Shown: positions 51,577 through 63,956, counted from the first letter of the stretch. The stretch: DNA of 64,000 nucleotides from an uncultured delta proteobacterium (GCA_963727485.1 CAVSGM010000001.1:576001-640000); one strand, 5' to 3'. The notes: a model not told the origin generated them from the letters alone. Translations and numbers: made by a program.

Positions 51577-51598
51577 TGTCACACCCCTGCACTACACT
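51577..51598 (+). promoter_or_regulatory. PafBC/RecA-NDp-like promoter TGTCAC-N10-TACACT
   Basis: Exact consensus spacing; 32 bp before the Mre11-like ATG. Confidence 0.6.
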
Positions 51599-51630
51599 GT
51601 GCCCCTCACGCGCGATCCCCGAGACCCGTC

Positions 51631-52922
51631 ATGCCCCGCCTCCTCTTCGTCGGCGACATCCACCTGGGCCGCAGGCCCACCAAGCTCCCGGACGACCTCG
51701 CCGGCCTGCGCCCCGCGGACCTGGGCCCGGCGGCGGCGTGGAGCGCCACGGTGGCGCACGCCCTGGCCGAGCGGGTCGATGCGGTGGTCCTCGCCGGCGA
51801 CGTGGTCGAGTCCCTCGGCGACCGGTTCGAGGCCTACGGCCACCTTCAGGGCGGGGTCGAGCGACTGACCAACGCGGGCATCCGGGTCATCGGGGTCGCC
51901 GGCAACCACGATGTCCGGGCGCTGCCCCACCTCGCCGAGCAGGTGCCCGGGTTCCAGCTCCTGGGCGCCGGCGGGACCTGGGCGCACGCCGACGTCACAG
52001 GCGCTGACGGGGCCACGGTCCGCCTGCTGGGCTGGCCGTTCCCCGCCGAGCGGCACCGGCGCGATCCGCTGGACGGGCCCCAGGTGCCCGCCGCTGAGGG
52101 CGTCGCCGTCCTCGGGGTCCTCCACTGTGATCTCGAGGGGCCGCCGACCAGCCCCTACGCCCCGGTGCGCCGGGTCGACCTCGAGCGCCAGTCGGTCGAC
52201 GAGCTGGCTCCTCGGGCACGTGCATCGCCCGAGCGATCTGTCGGGCGACCGGCCCTCGGGTACCTGGGGTCCCTCTCGGCCCTCGACCCCGGCGAGCCCG
52301 GCGCCCACGGGCCCTGGGGGGTCGAGGCCGACGGGCCCGGGGGGTTGGGGCCACCCAGGTGCCGCTGGCGCCCATGCGCTACGAGCAGCGCGCCCTCGAC
52401 GTCTCCGAGGTCGGCGCCGACGGGGGGCATTCCCCCGAGGCCGCCCTGGAGCGCGCGGTCCTCGTGAAGCTGGCCGAGGTCGCCGAGCAGTGCGACGCCG
52501 AGGACGCGGACGCCAAGGTCGTCGCCTGCCGCCTGACGCTCACCGGGCGGTCGGCGCACCACGCGGCTTTCGCCCGGGCTGTTGACGCGGGGCTCGCGGC
52601 GCTCTCCCAGAGCCTCGGCGCCCGCCAGGTCTACGTGGAGAAGATCGTCGACGAGGCGGCGGCGGCCCTCGACCTCAAGGCCCTCGCCCGGGGATCGAGC
52701 CCGCCCGAGCTCCTCGCCCGGCGCCTGGTGGCCCTGGAGGCCGGGGGCGAGGCCGCGGCCGAGCTGGCCGCCGGGCCCGGGAGCAGCTGAGGGCCACCGC
52801 GTCCCAGCCCGCCTTCGCCGACCTCGGCGAGGAGCCCCTCGATGACACCGCCCTCCGCCGCCACCTCCTCCGCGCCGGCCGCGAGGCCCTCAGCGCCTCC
52901 CGCCCAGAAGGAGGACCGGTGA
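51631..52922 (+). CDS. Mre11/SbcD-like metallophosphoesterase (YhaO-like), frameshifted
   Basis: GDIHLG, LAGD, GNHD, LH, LGHVH, GS...DPGEPG across frames. Confidence 0.85.
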
Positions 52923-55900
52923 AGCTCAAGGGCCTCGCCGTGCGCCGGCTCCACGACCTCGGCGGGTTCCAGGTCGACGATCTCGCCCCGGGCCTGAACC
53001 TCCTCGTCGGGCCCAACGGCTCGGGGAAGACCTCGGTGATGAACGCCGCGCGCGCGGTGCTCTGGGGCACGCCCAGCTGCCCCACGCGGAACTGGTCACC
53101 GTGTGGGACGACGGGCGGGACACCTGGCGCGCGGCGCTGGTCGGCGGGGCGGCCGGGTGGCAGCGCGGGGGCGTCGACGTGCCCCCGCCGGAGGTCCCCG
53201 ACGCCGCCCTCGCGGCGAGCTCGGCGGCGGGCCTGCGCGAGCTGCTCACCGGGGGCGAGACCGAGCAGGCCCTCCTCGACCGGGTGCGGCGGCAGATGGC
53301 CGGGGGCTACGATTCGCGGGCCTCCTCGAGGGCTACGCGGGCAAGCGCTGGCCGGGGCGCGCGGAGCAGAAGGCGCTCCGGGAGCAGCGCGAGGCCAAGC
53401 GGGCCATCGAGAGGCGGCGGGCCGAGCTGGCGCGGCGTGAGGACGGCCTGGCGGCCCTGCGGCAGCAGCGCCTCAGGGCGCTGGCGGCAAGGGACGAGGC
53501 CGAGCGCCTGGGCAGGCCCTGGAGCGCGCGCGGGTCGCCGCCGAGCGCGCCGCCGCCGAGCAGCGCGTCGCGGGGTTCCAGGACGGGGTGACGGTGGCCA
53601 CCGCCGACGCCCGCGATTACCTCCGGGAGTGGGACGAGGGCCTGGCCGAGGCCCGGCGCGCCGCCGACGCCGCCCGCCACTATTCGACCGGGCCGCCGAG
53701 GCCGCCCGGGCGGCGGGGATCGACGCGCCGCTGGAGGGCGGGGACTCTCGCTGCCGCGCGCGAGCACGCCCGGCAGGTGCGCGATCGCGCCCGGGACGCG
53801 GCCGAGGCAGGGCGCGCCGCCGAAGCCGCCCGCGCCGAGGTCGCACGGGCGCGGCAGGCGCTGGCGCCGGACCCTCGACCCCGAGGCCGCCGGGCCCGCC
53901 CCGACCTCGACCTCGACGCGGTGCAGGCCTGGGCAGAGGACGTCCTCCGGGCCCGGGCGGCGCTGGACGAGGTGGAGGCCCGGCTCGCGGTCGTTGCCTC
54001 GGACCTCGAGGGGCTCGGCCCCGTCCCCGACGTCGCCGAGGCCGAGGCCCTGGGGCGCGCCGCGGCTCCCCTCGAGGGGGCGGCGGTCGCCGGCGCCGGC
54101 GCCAGGTGGCCCGCGTGGCGCCTGGGGCTCGGGGGGCATCCTGATGGTGGCCGGCGGCGCGCTCGCGGTGCTGGCGAGCCCCTGGTCGATCGCCCTTTTC
54201 GGCTTGGGGGTCGGGCTGCTGGTCGGGCTGCTGGCGGTGCCCCGGCTCCATATGGCGGCGCCGCGGCGGCGCAGGCGCGGTGGCCCGGCGGCGTCGACGC
54301 CCCGGCGAGCTGGGATACCGCCGACGTCGCCGCGACCCTGGACCAGCTTCCCGGCGCGCCGGGCCGCCGCCGACCAGGCGCGGATCCTCGAGGACGCCCG
54401 CTGGCGCCTCACCCACGCGCGCTGCCGGGCACCACACCGAGCTCGAAGAGCTCACCGCCCGGCGGGACGACCCGCCGTCGGCATCGACGTCGACCCGCAG
54501 CCAGGCCACCCGCGCCTCGCCGACCTCCTCCGCCGCCTCGCCGAGTGGCGCGCTGCGGCCGGGGGCGGCGGCGGCGAGGGGGTCGAGGCCGACCGACGCC
54601 GACGCCCGGCTCGCCGAGGCCACCGCCGCCCTCACCGCCGCGCTCGGTCGCCTCGGTCGGCGGCGGGGTCCCCGTAAACGAGGCCGAGGCGAGGCTCGAC
54701 GCCCTCGACACCCAGAGCCAGGCCCTCCGCGCCGCCCGGCGCGACGAGGCGCTGACGCCCGCCGGCGCCTCGACGAGCAGGAGGCCAGGGCCACCCGCCT
54801 CGAGGCCCGGATCCAGGCGCTCCTCGACGCCGCCGGGGTCGGGGACCTGGGCGCCGACGTCGCCGGGCCCGCCCCTCGACGAGCTGGCCGGCCAGCGCCC
54901 GGGCGTGGGAGGCCGCGCGCGAGGAGGCCGGGCGCCTCGCCCACCGCGCCGGCGAGCCTGAGGCCGCCCTCGCCGATGACCCCACATCGCTCGACCTCGG
55001 CCGCCCGGCCCTCGAGGCGCGCCTGGGCTACGCCGACGCCCGCGCCGGGCGCCTCGAGGAGATTGTCGCCGAGATCTCCCGCACCGAGGCGGCCCTGGAG
55101 GCCGAGCGCGGCTCCCAGGACTACGAGGACGCCCTCGCCGAGGTCGCCGCCGCCGAGCAGAGGCTGGCCGACGTCCGCGACGGCGCCCTCCACGACGTCG
55201 CCGCGCGCCCCCTCCTCGAGGACGTCCAGGCCACCCACGCCGAGAAACAGACCCGGGGGCGTCCCAGCGGGCCCGGGCGCTCTTCACCCGCTTCACCCTG
55301 GGGCCGCTACTACCTCGCCCTCGGTGGTGCGGGCACCGGGCACCTCGAGCTGCGCGCGGTGGACACCGAGGCCCTCGGGGGCGCCGGGCTCGGCCTCGCC
55401 GCCCTCTCCGACGGCACCAGGATGCAGCTGCTCCTGGCGACGCGCGTCGCCTTCGCCACCGGCGAGGAGCACGGCCGGCCCCTGCCGCTCTTCCTCGACG
55501 AGTCGCTCACCGCCACCGATCCCGCGCGCTTCGGGGCGGTGGCCGACGCGGTGCTGGCGCTGGCCGAGGACGGCCGGCAGATCTTCTACCTCACCTCGGA
55601 TCCCGCCGACGTGGCGCGGTGGCAGCAGGCGTGCGCGCGGCGGGGTGCCGTCGCGCCGCGGGTGGTGGATCTCGCCCGGGTGCGACAGGTCGAAGGCGCC
55701 CTCGACCCGGCGGACCTGGCGCTGCCGGTGGCGCCCGAGGTCCCGGCGCCCGACGGCCACGACGCCGCCGAGTACGGCCGGCGCCTGGGCGTGCCCCGCT
55801 TCGACCCCTTCGCCGGCGGCGACTCGGTGCACCTCTTCCACCTCCTCCGCGACGACCTGCCCCTGCTCCACCGGCTCCTCGCCGAGGGGCGGGTCACGCA

Positions 55901-56390
55901 GCTCGGGCCCCTGCGCCGGGTCCTCGCCCTCGATGGCGCCGGGCTCCTCGCCGACGGCGAGCGGGCGCGGGTGGCGGCCCTGGGCGAGGTCGCCCGGGCC
56001 TTCGCCGAGGCCTGGCGGGTGGGGCGGGGGAGGCCGGTGGACCGGGCGGTGCTCGAGGCCAGCGGCGCGGTGAGCGACGCCTTCATCGACAAGGTGACCG
56101 AGGTCGCCGCCGAGCTTGGGGGTGACGCCGCGGCGCTGCTCTCGGCCTTCAACGCCGCGGGCGCCGACCGCGACGATCGCCTCAAGGGCTTCCGCAGCAA
56201 GTCCCTGGAGCAGCTCGAGGCCTACCTCCGGGACGAGGGCCATCTCGACGATCGTGCCCGGCTCCCGGAGGCCGAGATCCTCGCCCGGTGTCGCGACGCC
56301 GTCGCCGGCGCCCTCGACGGCGGCGCCCTGGACCCGGGCGACGTCGCCCGCACCGTCCGGGCCCTGGAGGCGGCGACCGGCGCGCGCTGA
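52919..56390 (+). CDS. Rad50/SbcC-like coiled-coil ATPase (YhaN-like), many apparent frameshifts
   Basis: GPNGSGKT Walker A, coiled coils, central hydrophobic hairpin, LSDGTRMQL signature, FLDES Walker B. Confidence 0.82.
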
Positions 56391-56399
56391 CCGGCGCCG

Positions 56400-58015
56400 T
56401 CAGGCCCCCGGGCCCAGGGTCGCCACGAAGAACGTCCGCAGCGCCCCGAAGAGCTCGCCGGAGGCGGCCTGGTACTCCTCCGCGTCGGCCTCGTCCTGGG
56501 GGGACTGGTCGTTCCAGGAGCCCATGCCTCCGAACACGTCGGCCACGTCGCAGGCGAGAAGCGCGCGATGCCTCTCGGGCGCGGCGCCGGCCCGGCGAAG
56601 GATTGCCAGGTCGCCGAGCTTGTCCCCATAGACCTTCCGCGCCATCTCCGAGAACCCGGCGGCCTCGAGGGCGGCGAGGTCCGCCGCGGGATCCGGCGCC
56701 CGCGACAGGCCCTGGGCGTCGAGGACGAAGGCGGCGAGCTTGAAGGCCTCGGCGAACGGCGAGCCCATGCGCTCGGCGATGGCCTCGGTGCGCGTGAGCG
56801 CTGACCGGAACCGATCCCGCGCCGACGCCGCATCGGGGGGCGCCGGCACCTCGGCCAGGGGTCCCTGGGGCTCGAAGCAGTAGAGGGTCCAGGGCCCGGG
56901 GTTGGGCGCGAAGTGGAGCCGCTCCCCGGCGGGGAGGTAGTCGCGGCGCGCCTCCGGGTCAAGGGAGTCGACGAGGGTCCCGACCTTGCCCGAAAGCGCC
57001 GAGGGCACCTCCAGCTTCGTATCGGCGAGGCGACGGCCATCTGCACCGCCGTCAGGTACATGTTGCTCATGGCCCGCAGCTCGTCCGGGTCCATGACCAG
57101 GAGGCGCTCGGGCACGCCGGCGGAATCCGCCGGGGCCCGGTCGGGATCGGTCTGGGTCATGACCTTCTGGATCCGCGCCCACGCCGCCTCGGCGCAGGGC
57201 AGCGACGACACCCAGGCGACAATCTCCTCCCCCGGCACCGGCTCCAGGAGCGAGAGCCGGTCGTCGGAGGGGATCGACGCCCTGGCCGCCTCGGGATCCG
57301 TCTCGGCGAGGTAGCGGCGCTCGAAGGCGTCGGGATCGCGCCGGACGAAGAGGTCTTCCTCGTCGGGCCCGATGTCCAGGGTCTCTCCGAGCTCCCAGGC
57401 TCCGGAGCTGCACCGCGTTGAGGACCGAGTACCCCGCGCCGCCGAGCGCCCACCGCCGAGCAGGGGGTCGGCGGCCGAGGCGTCGAGGTCGGCGTCGGGG
57501 ATGGGCGGCCGCTGGTTCATCTCGGTGAACTCGTCGAGCTCGCGCCGCGCCGCCTCACGCAAGGCCTCGGCATGGGGCTGGCGATCGAGCCAGGCGAGAA
57601 ACTGCGCCGAGGTAATAGTGTGCTCGGGGCTGGAGAGGTACTGGAGGACGTAGCGCGCGGCGGGCACGCCCTCGGTGCTGGCGCCAATACCGAGGACCTG
57701 GATCATCGCGCCGGCGAAGGCGGCGAATGTGGGTCTCGGCAATCCCCGGTCGGGCGACGGGCTGGGCGTGGAGCACCCAGGCGGCGACCGGCCCGCCGCC
57801 CGGGTGGCGTCAATCCAGGGGAGCAGCCCCCCACGGTGCGGCCGTCGGCGAGGGTGCCGCCCACCGAGAGGCGGCCAGGGCTGCGCGGGTGGAGCAGGTC
57901 GTAGGCCGCGCAGCCCTCGAGGCGGAGGCTCGCGCCGCCGGGTAGTCGGCCTCGGGGCGCTGGAGGAGGAGCACGGTGAGGGACAGGAGGAAGTCGTCGA
58001 GGTGCATCGGTCCAT
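56400..58015 (-). CDS. Hypothetical protein(s), frameshifted, with C-terminal FGGMGSWND motif
   Basis: Protein-like segments in ORFs 57810, 56222 and 56400; may be one or two genes. Confidence 0.45.
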
Positions 58016-58068
58016 ATGAGGCCTCGGCCTTGCCAGCGTTCAAGTGCGCCGGCGGCGGCAGGGGGCCC

Positions 58069-58098
58069 TTGTCAACTCCGATGAGCCGCGTGTACGCT
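58069..58098 (+). promoter_or_regulatory. Sigma70-like promoter TTGTCA-N18-TACGCT
   Basis: Upstream of the lipoprotein at 58141. Confidence 0.4.
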
Positions 58099-58140
58099 CG
58101 CGAACCATGACAACCGAACGCCTCATGGCGGGGGGTCGAC

Positions 58141-59654
58141 ATGCATCGGCTGGTGCTCGTGGCGGTGGCTCTGGTCTCGTTGACGGCATGCGGCGGCGGA
58201 GGCGGTGACACCGGGGGAGGGGACGGGGGGAGCGGCGCCGCCGACGGTGGCGGAGGTGGCGGCGGTGGCGGTGGCGGTGGCGGTGGCGGTGGCGGCACCA
58301 CGCTTTTCGCCGGCGCCATGTTTGCCGACTACGGCCCGGCGGCGTCGAACTCGCACCAGCCGGACCTGGTGGTGGACGCGGCCGGCATCACCCACCTCGT
58401 CTACACCGGCTACACCCCGAACGACGCCAACGTCGACCCGGTGCGCTACGGCGAGTGCGCCGCCAACTGCCAGGTGGACGGCTCCTGGACCTTCACCACC
58501 CTGGGCAAGGTGGGCGCCTTCGGCGGGCGAACGCACCTGGCCGTGGGTTCGGACGGGCGCGCCCACGTGGTGTGGACCGAGCAGCAGTCCATCGACGGCG
58601 TGGCCACCCTGCACTACGCGACCTGCGCCAGCGGTTGCGCCGACGCCTCGGCCTGGCAGCAGGGGGCCATCGAAGTGCAGAACGGGCCGAGCACCCCGGC
58701 GCCGTTCCTGGTCTACGGCCACAGCCTGGCGCTGGACGCCCAGGGCCATCCCCGCGTGGTGTACCGGCGCGACTGGCCGCAGGAGCACACCTTCTTCGCC
58801 CAGTGCGACGCCAACTGCACGCAGCCGTCCTCGTGGTCGGTGGTGCAGCTGAACGCGTCACCGACCTTCGCGGCCGAGCTGGATCCCGCGGCGGCGTGGC
58901 GCACCTGATGGCCACCTATCTCGACACCATCCTCTACTACCAGGAGTGCGCCGGCAGCTGCGCCAACGCCGGGAGCTGGACGGCGCCCGCGCCCACCTTC
59001 TTCGACAGCACCCAGTTGGTGCTCCCTAACTTCGACGCCCAGGGGCACCCGCGGCTGCTCTTCGACCAGGGCAGCGCCAACTCCACGGACTCCGGGGTGA
59101 AGGCCCACAATCGGACGGTGAACTACGCGTGGTGCGACGCCAACTGCACCATCGGCACCAGCTGGGCCGGCTACGTGATGCCCTTCGACCTGGACACGGG
59201 CAAGGACGGCCTGGCGCTCGCCCACGACGCCGACGGAACACCGGTGATCGCCGTCGAGAAGCCCAACAGCAATCTCCTGGTCGCCACCTGCACCGGGTCC
59301 TGCGAGTCGACGAGCGCCAACTGGATCGGGCAGACGGTGGACTCATCGGACCTCTTGGCGGCTGCCACCAACGCGCCGCAGCCCACCTGCGACCCCGGGT
59401 ATGCGCCGGCTGCCTTCTGGTATCCGGGCGACTCGGTGCGCCTCGCCTTCGACGCCGCCGGCAACCCCCGCCTCGCCTACGAGGCCTACGTGCTGCCAGA
59501 AGTGCGGAGGCGGCAACCCAGCGGAGGCCGTGCGCCTGACGCGCTACGCTTCAAATCCCACGGCAGCGGTCGTCGCGAAGGGAACGCCGGAACCGGTCCA
59601 GGGTGGGGATGTGGCCGAAGTCCACGGAGCTCACCGTTCGCCGGAGACTCGTGA
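58141..59654 (+). CDS. Cys-rich repeat lipoprotein (probable beta-propeller), frameshifted; end approximate
   Basis: LTAC lipobox, poly-Gly linker, six CxxxC...W units, LALDAQGHPR-type blades. Confidence 0.7.
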
Positions 59655-59760
59655 AAGCCTGCGAACGTCCCTGCGCGCATCGGCGTGCCTGGGCACCGCA
59701 TCCGCCACCGTCGCCCTAATCGACGCTGCCGGCGAGCGGGGCGGGCTCGATGGAGACACG

Positions 59761-60060
59761 ATGGGGGACGTTGGGCCCAAGGGCGCGGCCCCGGTGGACC
59801 GGGGGACAATCGCGCGCGAGGTGATCGCGCGTCTGGCCGCGGCGGCGCACGTGGACGCCAAGGACGTCAGCGAGCACGACTCGCTGGAGCTCGACCTCGG
59901 CTTCGACGCCGACGGCAAGCGGACCCTGGCGGCCGACTACGACGCCGTCATCCACGCGCACCACGGCGAGCCGGTCACCATGGACGACGCCGGGCCCTCA
60001 AGACGGTGAAGGACGCGGTGGACCTGGTCTTCCATCACGGCGGCGGCCACGACGGCGGGG
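59761..60060 (+). CDS. Acyl-carrier-protein-like small protein lacking the conserved Ser; frameshift near 59995
   Basis: GGAG RBS; DSLELDLGFDA...LKTVKDAVDLV. Confidence 0.5.
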
Positions 60061-60974
60061 GCGACGCGCAGCGCCTCATCCCCCTCGCGATCGCGTGCCT
60101 GGCCCTGGCGGTGTCGCCGGTGGCCCGCGCCGACGGCGGCGCCACGGCCGGCGCGAAGCAGCCGTCCACGATCGCCGCCCTCCTCGGCCACCTGAAGCTC
60201 CGCCGGGGCCTCGACGACAAGAACCTCCTGGCCAGACCCGCGGACCTGGCGGTCACCTGGCCGGGGACCGGCCCGCGACCTGGGCGGTCGACGGCGCCCT
60301 GTCGGCGACGGGCTGCGCCGTGTGCGCCGGCGCCGGGGTACAGCTCGAGCTCGGCGGGGGCGTCGAGTACCACCGGGACACCGAGCTCTCCGCCCCCAAG
60401 AACCTCTTCGCCGCCGGGCTGACCGCCGAGCTCTATCTGGGCCATCTCTCCGACGTCGTGAGCCACGACCTCAAGGCGAGCCTCGAGTACCACCGCGACG
60501 TCGTCGCCGACACCGGCAGCGCCGTCGCCTACCTCGACTACGTGCCCCTGGGGCCGCTGGCCATCGGCCGGGTGTGGCCCTCGCCGCGCTCGAGCGTGTT
60601 CTCCGTCCTCGCCCTGGAGTGGGCGCCGACCTTCAGCCTCGAGTGGGGCAACACCTTCGCCGGCGGGGACCGGCGGCCGCGGCCAGGTGCTCCGCGTGCG
60701 CCTCCAGGGCGAGCTGCGGGTCTACCTCGCGCCCAGGGCGCTGCGGGAGCAGCTCTTCCTCCACGTCTCCGCCGCCCTCCGCGACACGGTGGCGAGCAGC
60801 CAGCGCACCGAGCCCGCCGGCCACCGCTCGCATCTCCTCACCGCCGGGCTCACCGGCTACGTGGACGCGAAGCACCACGTGGCCCTCTCGCTCCAGTACC
60901 TCGACGGCGCCGACCCCCGCGAGGGCCAGGCGTCACAGCGCTACCTGCGCCTCACCTTGAGCCTCAAGCTCTGA
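60060..60974 (+). CDS. Secreted / outer-membrane beta-strand protein, frameshifted
   Basis: Signal peptide ...VARA; alternating beta strands; ends LTLSLKL. Confidence 0.5.
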
Positions 60975-60991
60975 ATTCGGAGAACCGCGCG

Positions 60992-62467
60992 ATGCCCCGA
61001 CCGCGCACCCGCCCCAGCACGTCTTCGTCCTCATGCTGGAGAACCGGTCGTTCGATCACCTCTTCGGGTTCTCCGGCCTCACCGGCACCGACGCCGAGAC
61101 CGGCGCGCCCACCCGGATCGACGGCCTCACCGGTGCCGAGGCCAACGTGTTCCAGGGCAAGAGCTACCCGGTGCAGCGCGTCGCCGACTACGTGATGCCC
61201 GTCGACCCCCAGCACGAGTTCGAGAGCGTGCTCGACCAGCTCTGCGGCCCCGGCGTGGCCTACGCGCCGCCGTACCCGCCCATTGACGGCTCGGGGTTCG
61301 TCGGACTCGTATGCCCACTCCGGCGGCGGCCGGTGATCCGGGCGAAATGATGAAGTGCTTCGACACCGCGCGCCAGCTCCCAGTGCTCTTCGCCCTGGCG
61401 CAGACCTACGCCCTCTGCGACGCGCTGGCACGCGTCGATGCCGGGGCCGACCATCCCAACCGGCTGTTCGTTCATGGCGCCTCCGCCGCGGGCCTCGACC
61501 ACAGCCCCAGCGTGCCCGAGCTCGTGGAATGGGAGACCACCGGCCTCGAGCTTCTCCACGGGACCCTCTTCGACCGGGGACCGAGGCGGGCCGGCACTTC
61601 CGCATCTACGCCGGTGAGCGCCTTCCCGCTGGTGGCCACGCTCAAGGGCATCAGCGCCCTGCGGGTCCACGACGTGAACGAGCTCGCCGCGGACCTGAAG
61701 GACCCCGCCTTCCCCGCCGACTACGTGTTCATCGAGCCCAGCTACCACATCGCCCCGGGCTACCGGGGCGGTAGCAGCATGCACCCCCTCGCCGACGTGC
61801 GCGACGGCGAGCGCCTGGTGAAGCTGGTCTACGAGGCGGTGCGCGGTTCGGCCCACTGGGAAGACTCGGTGCTCGTCGTCACCTGGGACGAGCACGGCGG
61901 GTTCTATAATCACGTGGGGCCCCCGCCAGCGCCGTGCCCCCGCCGACGGCAGCGCCACCTCGCCGCTGAACCAGCACGGGTTCTCCTTCGCGCGGTACGG
62001 GGTGCGGGTGCCGGCGGTGGTCGTCTCGCCGCGCATCCAGCGGAGCACCATCGACCACCGCCTCTACGACCACGCCTCGATGGCCGCGGACCCTCGGGAG
62101 CTCTTCGGCCTCAAGCCGCTGACCAACCGCGATGCCGCGGCGCAGAGTCTCCTGCCGCTGCCTCGCCCCGGGCACGACCCGGTCGCGGATTATCCCGCCG
62201 AGCCGCCCCGCACGACCGGCTGCGCCGGTGCCCCGGGGGTTCACGGCCACGGGCGCCACGCGGACGAGGCGCGGTGGCCCGGCCCGACGAATCCCGTCGA
62301 ACGACGGCGCGCTGCCGGCGTTCGTCCACGTGGCGCTGCGTCAGCACCTCGAGCGGGAGCCGCAGCAGGTCGACGCCCACCTGTCCCGGGTCGAGAGCTC
62401 GAGACGCGCGGCGACGCCCAGGCCTACCTCAGGACGCCCAGGCGCGGCTCGGGACGGGAGCAGGTGA
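60992..62467 (+). CDS. Phosphoesterase family (phospholipase C/AcpA-like), multiple frameshifts
   Basis: HVFVLMLENRSFDH, PNRLFVH, FIEPSY, MHP, TWDEHGGFY, GVRVPAVVVSP, YDHAS. Confidence 0.85.
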
Positions 62468-63956
62468 GCGGCGCCGCGCCCCGAGGGAGCCCGCCGCCTC
62501 GCCCTGGCGCTGTTCGGCCTGGTCCTCGGCGTCTACCTCCTGGGCTACCGGGGCCCGACCGCCGGCGACGACCTCATCCACCTCCAGGCCTGCGACGCGC
62601 TGGTCACCCGCGGCACCCTGGGCTTCCCGGTGAGCGAGTACGACCCGGCGCGCCGGCCGCTCCTCCGGATGTTCTTCCGCCGCGGGGTGAACGGCGAGGT
62701 GTACGGGGCGCTGCCGCCTGGGCTGCCGGTGATCTCGGCGCCGCTCTGCGCCGCCGCGCGGTGGCTCGCCGGACCCGCCGCCGGTGCCCTCGTGGGCGCG
62801 GCGCGCTTCGGCGGTCACCCGGAGGTGTCGCTGGCGCGCCTGCGCACTAATCCCCTGGCCTTTGCCGCGGGCCTGGTCAACCCGCTCGCCTGCGCCGCGG
62901 TGGTCCTCCTCTTCTTCCTCGCCGGCCTCGACGCCGGCGCCGAATCCGAGGTGGGCGGCGACGGCGGCCCTGGCCCTCGGCCTCGGCACCTTCCTCTGGG
63001 TCTACGCGGAGAGCTACTGGACCGAGCCGCTGTGCCTCCTGGCCCTCTTCGCTGGTCTGCTCGCCCTGCGCCGGGACGCCGAGGGGACCGGATCGACGGC
63101 CCTGGGGATCCTCGGCGGAGCGCTCCTCGGGGCCGCCGCCCTCTTCCGCTACGAGGCGTCGGCCATCGGGGCGGTGCTCCTTGCCGTCGCCTGCGTCCGC
63201 CTCGCCCGGCGCCGGGGCCCGCGGGCGCTGGTGGGCCCGCTCTCGGGGTGGGCCGCGGGCATCGCGGTCCTCGCGGGGTGGAACTGGCACCGCTTTGGCA
63301 ACGCATTGGTCACCGGCAACCCCCACGGCCACCTCCGCACCCTCGTCGGAGGTCACGTCCTCGGGCGCCTGGCCTTCAGCATTCCGGCGAACCTGGCGAG
63401 CCCCGAGCAGGGCCTCCTTGTCTTCGCCCCGCCGGTGGCGGTGGCCCTGTGGATCACCGCCCGCGCCTGGCGCCGCCTCGATGTCTGGGAGCGCACGGGG
63501 ATCCTGTTCTCCGCCGGTCTCCTCGTCTTCTACAGCGCCTTCGTCCTCTGGCAGACCGATGACGCCTGGGGCCCGCGGTTCCTGGTGCTGGTGCTCCCCT
63601 TCGTGCTCCTGCCGGTGCTGCGCCACGGCAGCCGCGCCGCGCGCCGGTGGTTCGTGGGCGCGGCAATCCTCGGCGCCGCGGTCCAGGTCGCCGGGGTGCT
63701 CACGGTGATCACCAACGCGACCATCATGTGGCTCATGGACTGGCCGCAGCAGACGCGCCTGGGCTGGTTCTTCCGCTCGGAGATCCTCAAGGCCTGGGCC
63801 CGCCTCGCCCACCACGGAGTGGACGCCTTCTGGTGGTCCCGGTCGCCGGGGGGCCTGGTGGCGGCGGCGGTGCTCGGAGCGACGGCCCTCGGCGCCGCCA
63901 TGGCTCTTTTCACCGCCCTCCGGCGCCCGGCGACCGCCTCCCCCGCAGCGCGCTGA
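62464..63956 (+). CDS. GT-C/PMT-like integral membrane glycosyltransferase, frameshifted
   Basis: Multiple TM segments; YAESYWTEP, WNWHRFG, SPEQGLLVFAP, AWGPRFL. Confidence 0.7.
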
